From assembly GCF_009914755.1 (NCBI RefSeq), contig NC_060925.1: a DNA stretch of 64,000 nucleotides; one strand, 5' to 3'. Position numbers and translations under genes: made by a program. This document shows positions 45,155-59,628 of the stretch, one piece after another. How positions within the stretch are numbered: the stretch's first letter is position 1; each line of letters starts with the position of its first letter. This stretch comes from the human T2T-CHM13v2.0 reference genome, Homo sapiens. Below the pieces are notes generated by a model that saw only the letters and a program-made list of their open reading frames with translations, was not told the DNA's origin and made no database searches.

Positions 45155-46303
45155 TTAACGGTTAACTGTCTATGTTTCCAGATGATGTCCTAAAATAGTC
45201 GTTCCTTGCAGCTGGTACTGAAGAGTGTATGAAAGAAAAACTCTGTAACAGATGTGTCTGGTCCTGTATGAATCAATATCTGTAGCAATGGCTTTTATAT
45301 ATGTGGAATCAGAAGGCTCAGGAAACAATTTTAATGTTCTGTTAGGTTCTTTAAAATGGGGATACATTCAGGTCTCAGTTGTTGAGGCTGTTGAGCAGCA
45401 ATCCAGGTATGAAAATGGGAAAGATTTGACTGCTTCTCTCATGCAGGGGAATAAAGCAAAGGCACGTGCAGAGGGAAGTAGGGGTAGAGAGAGGCAAGTT
45501 AGCTTCAGAGAGATTTATTTGCACCCAGTTCTGTTCTACTCAGCCTGACGTTTTATCATCTTTTTGAAAAGTGGCGTGAAGTGGTGTGGAACACATCAGA
45601 GGGTGAAGCCGAGCAAATCTGAAAGAGAGCAGAGGATTTCATATGATATCCTATGTGTGCTTTCCCCTTCCTTCTTAGGAGCTGGAAGAGGCAGAATTGA
45701 TGTCCACTCAATTTCAGTTCATCTTGCCACCTTCATATTATACTGATACTAATATATGTGAAATAAGAAGAGAACATTCCAGGCAGTTACTATGTCACAT
45801 GCAGTCATCAGTTTCTCTGCAACCCTACAACCACAGGGGATTCCATTGCTTGCTTTGACTTGGACTTCTCATAAAATGACTTTCGTTGGATTTAGTGTAC
45901 AATTTTTAAGTTAATTACTGATTTTGTATATATGTGGTATTGTATCTTTGAAAGCTCATATGAGTTTATTAGGGATTTTCAGAATTATCAACTAAATCTG
46001 GCTAGAAAAAAAATTATCTGATGAAAAACCTTTCTGGTAACTTAATAAAAATGGGGTGATAGCAAGTGTAAATGCCAGTTAAATCCTGGGTGCTGGTGTG
46101 TGTGAATACATGAATACATGTGTATGGTTGAAGGAAATAATTTGTAAATCATAGCTTTCCTAGTATTACGTGTCCCTTCATAAAATAGCTCAGAGTTTTC
46201 TCATGAAAAATAAATTGACATTTGAGACAAAAGTTTGAACTTGCTGGTGTTCCATTCAAATTGAATAATGTACAGCTAATGATTATTTTTGGATTCCTTC
46301 CAG

Positions 46304-46791
46304 AGACAGATGGGACCGTGTTCAGAATTCACACAAAAGCTGAAGGATTTATGGATGCGGATATACCTCTGGAATTGGTGTTCCATTTGCCAGTCAATTA
46401 TCCTTCATGTCTACCTGGTATCTCGATTAACTCTGAACAGTTGACCAGGGCCCAGTGTGTGACTGTGAAAGAGAAGTTACTTGAGCAAGCAGAGAGCCTT
46501 TTGTCGGAGCCTATGGTTCATGAGCTGGTTCTCTGGATTCAGCAGAATCTCAGGCATATCCTCAGCCAACCAGAAACTGGCAGTGGCAGTGAAAAGTGTA
46601 CTTTTTCAACAAGCACGACCATGGATGATGGATTGTGGATAACTCTTTTGCATTTAGATCACATGAGAGCAAAGACTAAATATGTCAAAATTGTGGAGAA
46701 GTGGGCTTCAGATTTAAGGCTGACAGGAAGACTGATGTTCATGGGTAAAATAATACTGATTTTACTACAGGGAGACAGAAACAACCTCAAG
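46304..46791 (+). CDS. RWDD3: RWDD3 coding exon 2 (RWD domain incl. Y61-P62 YPxxxP motif, plus start of the C-terminal domain)
   Basis: Acceptor ttccttccag|AG at 46303/46304; lies in ORF 46222-46806 ([10 protein letters not shown]...VNYPSCLP...NNLK); donor AAG|GTGCCA at 46791/46792; 488 nt. Confidence 0.97.
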
Positions 46792-46806
46792 GTGCCAAAA
46801 AGTTAA
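46792..46806 (+). CDS. RWDD3: Alternative RWDD3 C-terminus VPKS* (195-aa isoform by reading into intron 2)
   Basis: GTG CCA AAA AGT TAA continues the exon-2 frame; 191+4=195 aa matches the recalled RSUME195 length; AATAAA at 47025. Confidence 0.85.
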   Translation: MPKS

Positions 46807-47024
46807 ATGTTGAGTATGAATCTGGCTATTTTCTGCTTTAAATGGTGTGTCTTTAAGTGTGTTTTATAACAATGGGATAGATTAATTATTAAGATGTTTC
46901 TGCTTTCATTATTACAATCTTAATGGATCTTCCTTTTCTTTTTAAAGAATGTCTGACTGCTAATTACAAGTACAAACTTGCAAAGCTTGAAGAATAAGAT
47001 TGCATTTTAAAAATCATGTCACTT

Positions 47025-47030
47025 AATAAA
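47025..47030 (+). terminator. Intronic poly(A) signal for the short RWDD3 isoform
   Basis: AATAAA ~220 nt after the VPKS stop, followed by GU/U-rich GTGTTTGTTTCTGT. Confidence 0.65.
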
Positions 47031-48634
47031 GTGACAGGTTATTTAAAAGCTCTGTGGCACATGAGTGTTTGTTTCTGTAATTAGCTATGAGCTTGAATTT
47101 TATAAATGTGCACTAAAAGTTTGTGCATATTAATATTTCTTCCCATAGTTAGGCACAGCAAGGTGTGTATTTGTGGATAGTCTGCAAGATTTGTAACTTT
47201 CTGGCTGTTAAAAATACATTCTGACACTTTAATTTGGTATCTATAATACCTGGAAAGAGGAGCTTGTCTGTTATAACCGAGATTTCATGTTAGTAGAAGT
47301 AGAATCATTAGGGCTGTCAACTTGTCACCTCCTACCTAACTTTTGCTTTCCACCTGACTTGTCTCAGCAGTTGCTTTCAAAATCATCATCTTCTTCAGAT
47401 TTTTCAAGTTCTTATTCTAAACTCATCTGACCTGTTTTAGGTGGGACAAGATGAGGAAAACTGTTTTTTATATTTTAAATATTAGAAGAGCTACAAATCA
47501 ATAGGTTTTATACTTTCAGATAGGTTAGGTCATGAATAATTACATTTGAATTTATTTAAGACAAATTTAGTGTGAACAGTGAATTTATTTAAGACAAATC
47601 TTAAAGATTTGTAGAATAATGACTTAGTTTTTTCATGATGGGCTCTTACCACAAAACTGCTTTGGCATTTGGTTAACCAGACTCATGCTGGGTTAAAGTA
47701 TATAGATATAACAGTAATTCAGATTTAATGCATATCTTGGATTGGGACTGACTGAGGAACCTCTTGTTTTAAAGTGATTTGTAGTATATCTATAACGTTT
47801 GATCCTTTTGGGTAAAATAGTAGCTGACAAAAAATAAATACAAATTAATTTTCATGCTCATCTTTACCTGAAAGACTCAGATTTCTCTTTAAGCCAGCTC
47901 AGGAATATTAGGCTAAACCCAGCTGTTTTGCAGATGTTCTTACTCAGATTGAAACATCAATTAATTAACAGGTATCTATTCATATTTAACTAGAACCCTG
48001 CTAATGTAGAGAAATAATACTTTTTTAGGAGATCTTTTTTCAGTTCTCTCTAAAATGTCATTTTATATAAATTTCTCTTATATTTTTATAAGATTGTATA
48101 CTAGGATTGAGGATGTATAGGTACATATTTATAGATGCTATCAATTTGGAATGGTAAGTGCTGTGTGCCTGGTAATGTCATTTAGCTGCTGAACTTGTAA
48201 TAGTAAGAACAGTGGCTTGTGCTCTCAAGTGTGCCATGGCGCTATATCTAGATACTCCTCTAGTGCTTTGCATGTATTATCTCATTTAATTAGTACAACT
48301 TCCCCATGAGGTAGATCCTGCTATTAATTCCATTTTATGGAGAAGGCAACTGAGCCACAGAGGATTTAAGTAACCAGCCCAGAGTAAGAACTAGTAGGCA
48401 GTTCAATCCAGATTTAAACTTGAGGAGTTGGATTATATTGTTCTTTACTCCTGTATCCACCACTACATTATTCTGCCAAGTATGTTAAAACAAGTATATA
48501 AAAATTCTTACTGCTTGATTTAAAAAGGGGGTATTTAAGCATGAAAATAAGCCTACAGGTTTATAGCTCCTTTAAAACTGGGACTTTGAGACTCAGAGTA
48601 AGATATGTATTTAATGTACTGATTTATTATTTAG

Positions 48635-48750
48635 GAGTACTTGATTCTTCAGAAAACCTCCAAAGTAGATGTGGACTCAAGTGGAAAGAAATGCAAAGAG
48701 AAAATGATTAGTGTACTGTTTGAAACAAAAGTACAGACAGAACACAAAAG
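48635..48750 (+). CDS. RWDD3: RWDD3 coding exon 3 ([38 protein letters not shown])
   Basis: Acceptor ttattatttag|GAG; donor AAG|GTATAA; 116 nt, phase 0 to phase 2, open frame. Confidence 0.95.
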
Positions 48751-48848
48751 GTATAATTTAGTACTATTGCAGATGGAAAAGCAACTGAATCGATAATTAT
48801 ACTCTGACAAATCTAGGCATATTCATGAGTTTCTTTTGTATAATGCAG

Positions 48849-48963
48849 GTTTCTGGCATTTGAAGTCAAAGAGTATTCAGCGTTGGATGAATTACAAAAG
48901 GAATTTGAAACTGCAGGACTTAAGAAGCTTTTCTCCGAATTTGTACTTGCTCTGGTAAAATGA
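48849..48963 (+). CDS. RWDD3: RWDD3 coding exon 4 ([38 protein letters not shown])
   Basis: 98-nt intron 3 ends taatgcag|G; TGA at 48961-48963; total CDS 85+488+116+115=804 nt = 267 aa. Confidence 0.95.
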
Positions 48964-49295
48964 AATGGAAGACAGGAATCTTTTAGTAAAATAGCAGTGT
49001 TTTTTGTTGTTTTTGCATTGGATTTGGGGAGTGGTTAATTGAAATAGTCAATTTTAAAGTTTCTCTGAAGCAAAATGATAGGCATCATTCTAACTTCAGG
49101 AACAAAAGCCAGTTCTGTTTTATGAAATATTAAACATGAAGAAAACTTGTATATTCTAATGTTTGCCAGGAAAGGCTAGGTTCAGTAGATGAGACATTAT
49201 TTAAAAGATAAATTTAAAAAGATGGTAAATGAACACTTGTTTTTATAGACAATATTTGTTTGAAACTATGTAATTTTCTGGCTAATTTTCTTGTA

Positions 49296-49409
49296 ATTAA
49301 ATGATTTTTTAAAAAAGATTTGTTTTCATGTTTACTTTTCTTATGTTTATATTTTTAGCATTTGATCGCCATTTTCCCCCATCCAGGTTATGTCTAATGT
49401 TTTAATAAA
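49296..49409 (+). terminator. RWDD3 3'UTR poly(A) signals (ATTAAA 49296-49301; AATAAA 49404-49409)
   Basis: Hexamers 330-440 nt after the stop; U/GU-rich tract TTTGTTTTCATGTTT follows the first. Confidence 0.65.
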
Positions 49410-51426
49410 TGTTAAGAAAAATATAACACTGATTTTTTTTAATGGAATTGCATAAATTGTTTAACTGCAAAGTTCTATAAAACAAGATTTATAGTTGCTT
49501 TTTGAGGGTGTTCTAGAATAGCATGATACTTGCTAGCCTTAGGACTAGAGATTTGATTCCAATTAAAATTCTTATTTGAAAAATTGAACTTCTTGTTTTA
49601 TAAGAAGAGAAATGTTCATACAGAATGAACCTGGCTTGCAAGATGGAGGAAATTATATAAAAATACTATTTTTTATTTCTTATGAAATCGGTCAAAACAT
49701 GGTGAAACATATTTATCATGACCTAATGAGAGAAGCCGTAAGATAAAACTTGTATTAAAATCTGTAATAAAAACATAAGTAGATATTTGTATCTCGGAAA
49801 GGATATTTGTACGCATGAAGCCACTTGGGCTGCTAAAATAAGGGGCTGAGTCATGGAAGAAAGGCCAAGTGAATCCCTTTGGCTGCCACCTATGAAGTAT
49901 AGTGATATCATTATATAATTATAACTGATGGGGGAGGGAAGTGAGGAGAATGTGGCATGCTGAGCAGTGTTTCCTGACAGTAATGCTCTGTGATGATGTC
50001 AGTTCAATCTGATTGTCTTATTTTCAGGTACCTTTGTAATTTAATTATACCTATCTGTTGATTATTTTATGGGGTTTCTTTAATGAGGAGATGTTCAGTT
50101 TACTCTCATTCTAGTGTGTTGATTTTTTTTTTTTTTTTTTTTTGGAGAACTGGTAAATGTAGTTAGATTGTTCTATGGCAACAGCATGTATAGCAAGGAG
50201 AAGCTACCCTTCTGGTATGCAGAACTGAGAAAATAGGCTTGAAAATTTGGGACTGCTCATTATTACCCCTTCATTTGATTTACTGTAGTTTCAGTGAAAA
50301 TTAAAATAATGAAAAAGAATAGAGTTGAGAATATTGGCCATATGGTTGAGATGGATTGAGGGGATCATGATATAATAATATTTTACCTTGACTCTTCTCT
50401 GCAAAAATATATTCCTGCTTATGCTTTCTGGTGCCCTTTTAGCCTTTCATCTTCAAATCTGACTCTTTACAGAAGAGCTTGAATCAGATCAACTTGAATG
50501 TTTGCTGTAATGACTTTTTCCAAATTAATGATATTTTTATCTGCTAAAATTATTTTTAAAAATATTGGTTATTATTACTTTCTTAGATGTTTACATCTAA
50601 GTCTTTCACATATACATACACATCAGAATAGAAAACTAAAACTTGACAGAGTTAGCGATTTATATAAATGTAATTTGACCTCTGGATAAAAGAAAATTTT
50701 AAATTATATACCAAAAAGCTATGAGTCTCTTTGGTATTTCTTTAGTATTAGAGGAAGAGACTCTTAATTATTTGCCTTTATATTTTTTGCCTCAAACTCT
50801 GCTGCTTTCTTTTCAGCTTGAGATACTTATGAAAAGATAATTAAGACTTCTGCTTCAGTGATGGTGGACCAGCTTTTCACTGAAGAAAACTAAAAACAAA
50901 ATATAAAACACATCCTCTTAAAATAATCAAAGTAAATAAGACAGTGAAAATTGCTGGGCTAAATCTTGGAGGGGAGAGAAGTAAACCCAGCACTTAGGGC
51001 TATTTTTTCCTATGGGTACATTGGCCACCCTGCAATAGTTAGCTGAAGGGCCGAGTTCATTTTTGTCAGCTTGAAGATGTAGGGAGTAAATTTGGGGTCT
51101 GGAGGATAAAGTAGGTGGGGCCAAGAGCTAGGACCCCCAAAGGACTACACTGTGTTAATAAAGGTGAACTGTACATAAACCAATTGTCCTAGACTATAGG
51201 TAAGGTTTGAGAATTCTGGTGGGTCCAGAAAATCTTAAATCTTCAACTTGGATGATTCTAATACTCTCAAATCCTCCAAATCTTCTTTGAAGAAAGCTAA
51301 CATCCTCCTAAGGCCTCAGATTATATCTGTGAATAATTTTAAAATTCAGTATCTCGCAAATGATCAGAGGTAACTGGATACACGAAGAGACAAGATAGAA
51401 ACAGCAGAAAAAACTCAATAGAAATC

Positions 51427-51722
51427 GGCTGGTTGTGGTTGCTCACATCTGTAATCCCAGGAACTTGGGAGGCTGAGGTGCGTAGATCGCTTGAGCTCAG
51501 GAGTTCGAAAACAGCTTGGGTAATGTGATGAAACATGTCTCTACAAAAAATACATAAACTATTAGCTGGGCGTGCTGGCATGCACCTGTAATCCCAGCTA
51601 CTCGGCAGGCTGAGGTGGGAGGATTGCTTGAGCTGGGGAGGTCGAGGTTGCAGTGAGCTGAGCTGAGATCGTGCCACTGCACTCCAGCCTGGGTGACAGA
51701 GTGAGACTCTATCTCAGAAAAA
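51427..51722 (+). mobile_element. Alu (AluJ-type)
   Basis: GGGAGGATTGCTTGAGC right-arm diagnostic. Confidence 0.88.
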
Positions 51723-51933
51723 TTCTGAAACTGAAAAATGTAAGAGTTCAAGGGATGGTTAATCAGTTAAGGTCCAGTTAGGAAATCAGAAACTAGGCAT
51801 TTCAAACAGTAAATTTAAAACAGACTGATTACAAATTAAAAAGGCTGTAAGAGTTAAAAGGAGAGGGAGTGGGGCTGGATAAAAGAGAAGAAAAGGAGGA
51901 GGGTGAGACACTCAGAGTTTAGAAACTGCTAAG

Positions 51934-52040
51934 AGCCTACATTTGCTATTGCACTATTGGAGACGTTGTAATAGCCTATATCTGCTATTGCACTATTGGA
52001 GACGTTGTAATAGCCTATATCTGCTATTGCACTATTGGAG
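51934..52040. repeat. 39-bp tandem repeat, ~2.7 copies
   Basis: Unit AGCCTATATCTGCTATTGCACTATTGGAGACGTTGTAAT starts at 51934, 51973 and 52012. Confidence 0.92.
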
Positions 52041-53359
52041 TCTGCTCAAATGCTGCCTAGACCAGAGCTAAAATTGCTAATAGGCACTGTCTCTGGTCCA
52101 TTTGAATCTGGAATCACTCCACCCCTGTTGCTGCTATACCAACTGCCAACAAGGATCACAGTGCTATCTGTGCTACCTTCTGATCTCCCAGAAGTGCCTT
52201 CTATTGACAAGCCTAACAGGAACCAAGCTGGCAAGGAAGTCTGGGGAAAGTAGATTGCAGAATTTCAGCCTCAGGAGAACAGAGCTGACTATAGAAGGAT
52301 GACTGTGTGTGAAATGGGGAGAGGGCTGAGTGCCCACAGAAAATAACCAACCAGGACACTTATTTTCAGCTATTAAGCATCCACACACACATCCTTCTAC
52401 CCATATTTAAACTTCTATGCAGCAATAACAGTTTTATGCTTCTGTCTTTGTAGATTTAACTCTGTTCTTTATGAAACTCACCATTCCCTCAGAAAGGGGA
52501 GAAACAGCCCCACCAGTTACTACTGTTCTTATTGGTGTTAATTCTTCTAGTTTAGTCACAATCCCACCTAGATATTCTGTAGCTTGAAGATTAAACTGTA
52601 AAGTTCCCTATCATTAGTATTAGTGGCATTCCTTGTACTCCTACGGCTTGAGAGGGGGAAGGAAAAAAATAGTTACTATATACAAAGATATTTAGAACAA
52701 GCAATGAAGCACATTTACATAACTACTTTGGTACTTGTTTCTGACTGGTCATGAAGCTGTAGTTGATATTTGTAACTTCTTCCTCTACTTAATTTTTCAT
52801 TGCTCCTGGCCAGCACTTCAGCTGGCAAGTGTTCTTTACCTAGTAGGGTAGCTGAATCTTCATTCTGGATGGGTCTGAGTCTTTAGTAGTTGGGGTGCTT
52901 ATTAATTTTCACTATTAAATAAGTCTTAAGAGGCAATCCAGAGATTCCCCTGGGGTCCTTGACCTCATTGTGTAGCAGCAACCCAATATCCGTAATAATA
53001 ATCTAGTTCAGTCACCCCAGCCAATACAGGGATCTCTTTCTTTGTTTTTTAGTTTAGTGTGATAAGAAACCTAATATATCTAGGCATCAGTCTCAATTTT
53101 CAATTCATTTGAACCATTTTATGTGCCTTGGTAGAAGAATTCTTTCCTTGTGAACTAAGACCTGTAAACTAGCATAGTCCAAGTTTACAGGGATGAGAAT
53201 TAGAAATTCTGTGAGAGGGTTATTAAGTATACTACTGAGAGGAATCAGTCCTGTTTTTATCCCTTGATTCCTGGACCCATGTATTCTGGCAATGGGAGAA
53301 ATACAACTATGCTGATCACTGGTTCAAACTATATGCTACATTTTGTATAATAGCACTGA

Positions 53360-53696
<337 letters not shown>

Positions 53697-54938
53697 ATAA
53701 CTGTCTTAACAGGTCATTATATTATTCTACCAAGCCAGCCACTTCTGGATGATTAGGTACATGGAAAGTCCTATGAATTTCATCCATTGCTACATTTATT
53801 TTGTTGTGAAATGAGTTTCTGATTCAGAAGTTATATTGTGAGGGATATCATGTCTATAGGATCATAGTTGGTTGTATTATAGGAAGGGACTTCAGATTCA
53901 TATCCAGAAGTATCAGTTTAGTAAGGACAATTTGCTGGCCCTTCCATTAGGGAAGGGGTCCAATGTAATTAATCAGCCACCAGGTAGCTGGTGTTTTTTT
54001 AGGAGGGGAGGCCTTTTTCGTGGCTTACTATGGGTCTTTGTTTTTAGCAGGTTAGGTACTCAGCAGGTTAGCAAGATCACCCTTGGTGAGGGGAATTTCA
54101 TGTTGTTGAATCCATGAATAACCTCCGTCCCTGCTGCCGTATTTACTTTGTACCTGAGCCCACTAAGCAAGCACTGGGGTGCTAGGGAAAGAGGCTGACT
54201 AACATCCACTGGAGGATTCAACTCATCTATTTGATTAATGGAGGCCTTCTCTGCGGTGGTTGCCCTTTGAAAAACATCACATGGGACACAAATATCCTCA
54301 CATTTTGTGCTCAGCCTGAGAACTCCATTCCTATACCTCTGTCCCAGATCTCCTTTTCATTAGTCCTTTTATTTTGTTCTTCAAAGTCTGTGACCTCCTG
54401 GTCAACCTGTTAGCTGCTGCTCATGAAATACTGTAAATCTATACCTCAGGGCATCTCTTTACCTAGAGAAGGTACACAATCAGAATTACTGCTCAAAGTT
54501 CTACCCACTGCGTAAATTTCTCTTGATTTCTATCTTTCAGAGACACTCCACATTTGAGTCAAAATTGCTAAAGTGAAGAATATTGTGAAGAACCACCCAT
54601 AAATCAGGCCTGAAATATTTCTTCCGTGGTTACCAAGTTATCGGAACTCCCCACAAGATCCTCAGTGTGGACTGAGAAAGAGGAAGCTGTGCAGAAGGAC
54701 TAGCTACTATAGATAACTGAGCCACTTGAGCATGCAGCTTAGTTGTACCTTTGGGACCCACTTGTGCCTGATCTCATATATATTACTTCATCTACACATG
54801 CCCAACTTTACAATTTCATGAATAAAGTAATTCCCAGTTCGTGATATGTAGCTCCATGTTCAATTGATGTCTCATGGTCAATTGTTCAATTTTATCTAAG
54901 ACCCAGTACCAAGCTAGGAGCTCTTTTTTGAAAGAGGG

Positions 54939-55273
<335 letters not shown>

Positions 55274-56109
55274 TTAAAATCTTAAGGCTCTGTTGGGCTT
55301 GTGAGTTCTCTAATATAGCATCATTATAGGCCATAACTATATTGAGCACCATTGGATCTTAAGGGTCATAAAGCCTAAGTAGCAGGGCAGTTTCATCACA
55401 GTCTGGATGTGTAGCCTATTGTCTTGCTCTGGGCCCCACTCAAAACAGGCAACTCCAAGAATTAATCAGTAAATAGGTCAGAGTATACATTCAAAGATGG
55501 GATATATTGCCACTAAAATCCAAAGATACCTAGGAAACATCATACCTTAATGGTAGGAGTACAAGGTACGGTAAGTAACCTTTCATATTGGAATATTCCA
55601 GGATGTACCTTAAAACACTAGATTCCTAAAAACTTCACTTAGGTAATTGGCTTTCTAAATTTTCTTGGAGTTTAACTCCCTCCCTCTGATAAGTGTCTTC
55701 TAAGGCATTTAGGGTGTTTGCTACATTATTTTCACCAGGTTCAATCAGCATGTTTGGTGAGATGTTAAAATGAATGAAGTCCTTGAATACTGGTTTATGA
55801 CACAGATTCAGAAAGTTGATAGAGTCCTAAAGTAAGATATAGTCCTAAAGTGGAAGTTTGTGGCTGTGGTTGCTTCCAGTGGCCTTTGCAAATTAATATA
55901 GAGTAAAAAGCATTTGCCAAATCAAGAGCTAGATATCAAGTACCCAGAGGTATGTTGATTTGCTTCAGTATAAGACTACATTTGGAAGAACAGCTGTAAT
56001 TAGAGCCACCAGCTATTTAAATTTGATAATCTGCACTTACCTCTAAGACCAACTTGATTCTGGACAAGCCCAAAAGGTGAGTTAAATGGGGATGTTATAG
56101 GAATCACAC

Positions 56110-57715
<1,606 letters not shown>

Positions 57716-59111
57716 CTTGGCTTAAAAGTGCCAATTATTACAATATTTTTAGTAAATAAAAATATTAAAGATAATTCTTAAATCTTTGTAATTAATAATG
57801 ATATTTCAATCCTAAAATTTGGCTTAGCCACAGACAGAATTGTAAGGTAGATGCTGAAGGGTAGGCTATTATAAGTAGAGTGGTTAGAGAAATCTCCAAG
57901 GAGATGGCATTTGAACCAATACCTGAATGAAAGGGGACCAACCACAGGAAGATGAGCAAAGTTGAAGACAATTTGGTTTAAAATCAACTCGTAGAATTGA
58001 GGAGTATCAGTCACTGTTACCTACTGGTAATTTAGGCAAATCATGGACTAAGTAATTTTGCAATGTTTGCACTTTTGAGTCTCCTGTAACCTTGCTACTC
58101 AAGCTGTGGCTCATGGACCAGCATCATCTATTGTTAGAAATACAGAATCCCATGCACTATCCCAGACCCACTAAATTTGAATCTACAATTTAATAAGATT
58201 CTCAGGTGGTTTGTGTGCATATTAAAGTTTGAGAAGCATTATCCTATAATTATATGTTCATAAGCAGATATGAGGAGATTGAATGTGAAAAGTTGAACAA
58301 TAGACATCCATATTGTAAAGGGCATTCCAGTCCCAGAAAGCAAAAAATATATAAAATTCATAATTACCCTTTGTCTATCAATCAAACAATATTTGATCAT
58401 ATTGCTTTAGCATTCTTACATATTTTAAATTTTGTTCTTTGTCTCATGATTGAACACTCAAGTGAGTAAAGATTAATGATTGTATGATAGAAGTTGTACA
58501 TCCACCTTTCTTAGCATGACAGCTGAGCTCCGTCTTATCTTAATTATGCCAACTTTATGAGAACTTTTCTTGTTAGCACTATTTTTGACCCTTCAATCTG
58601 TTGTTTTTCACTTATTTTTATACAAAAGGGAACACATACCATTCAAATAACAGTACAAATACAGCTATGTAAGATGAAGATGCTGTTGAAATTTTGGAAC
58701 CTTCACAAAGTAGCTTAATTTGTTTGTCAGTTGATGCACAAAAGTCTAACTATGAGCAATAAAAAAAAGTTTTAAGGTATTCACTATTATAAAATGCATA
58801 GGGCAAGAAAATGAATTTGAAATTAAAAGATTCAAAGTAGGAGCAATCTCCATACTATGAAAAACAGACAGAAATACCTAAAGTTTGCAAAACTGCCAGT
58901 GATGCGTAAAAATTACCAATAAGTGAAAAAAATTGGGGAATGGAATCTTCATTTTTGATAAGTTAATTATTTCAACTAATTTAATATCTCAATCAGTTTG
59001 CTTTCCACCATTTTGTTTTTGAGAAGATTGCTTTTTTCTAAGTAACCTGGATCGTAGGTTTCAATTTCTTCAGATCACTTGGTTATGTTGCTTTATTCCT
59101 TCCATCCCTTT

Positions 59112-59144
59112 TGTATTAGTCAGGGTTCTCCAGAGAAACAGAAC

Positions 59145-59192
<48 letters not shown>

Positions 59193-59628
59193 CAGAAAGG
59201 GAGAGAGAGAGAGATTTATTTCAAAGAATTGGCTCATGCATTTGTGGAGGCTGGCAAGTTCAAAATCTACAGAGTGAGCTGATAGGCTGCAGACTCAGAA
59301 AGAGCCCTGTTGCAGTTCAAGTTTGAAGACTCTGAAGATGGATATCCAGGGAAAAGCTAATGTTGCAGTTGATGTCTGAAGATAGTCTGCTGGCAGAATT
59401 CCCTTTTACTTTGGGGTGGAGTTGGAGGGTGGGGTCAGCCTTTTATTTGATTTGGGCTTTCCACTGATTGGAAGAGGCCTGATCACATTATAGAGGTGGA
59501 TCTGTTTTACTCAGAGTCCACCAATTTAAATGTAAATCTCATCCAAAATACCCTCACAGAAACAACCAGAATAATGTTTGACCAAGAACCAGGCCCATTC
59601 AAGTTGCCACATAAAATTAACTATCACA
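59112..59628. mobile_element. MLT2-family (ERVL) solo LTR containing (TG)n/(GA)n at 59148-59213
   Basis: TGTATTAGTCAGGGTTCTCCAGAGAAACAGAACC...CATAAAATTAACTATCACA; near-TSD CCTTT/CCTCT. Confidence 0.85.

Noticed and set aside
46222-46303. N-terminal part of the 194-aa ORF (MRQKFELAG...)
   Set aside because: Starts at TTG upstream of the exon-2 acceptor; it is intronic open frame
51934-52040. CRISPR-like repeat array
   Set aside because: Head-to-tail identical units with no unique spacers, in eukaryotic DNA with no cas genes
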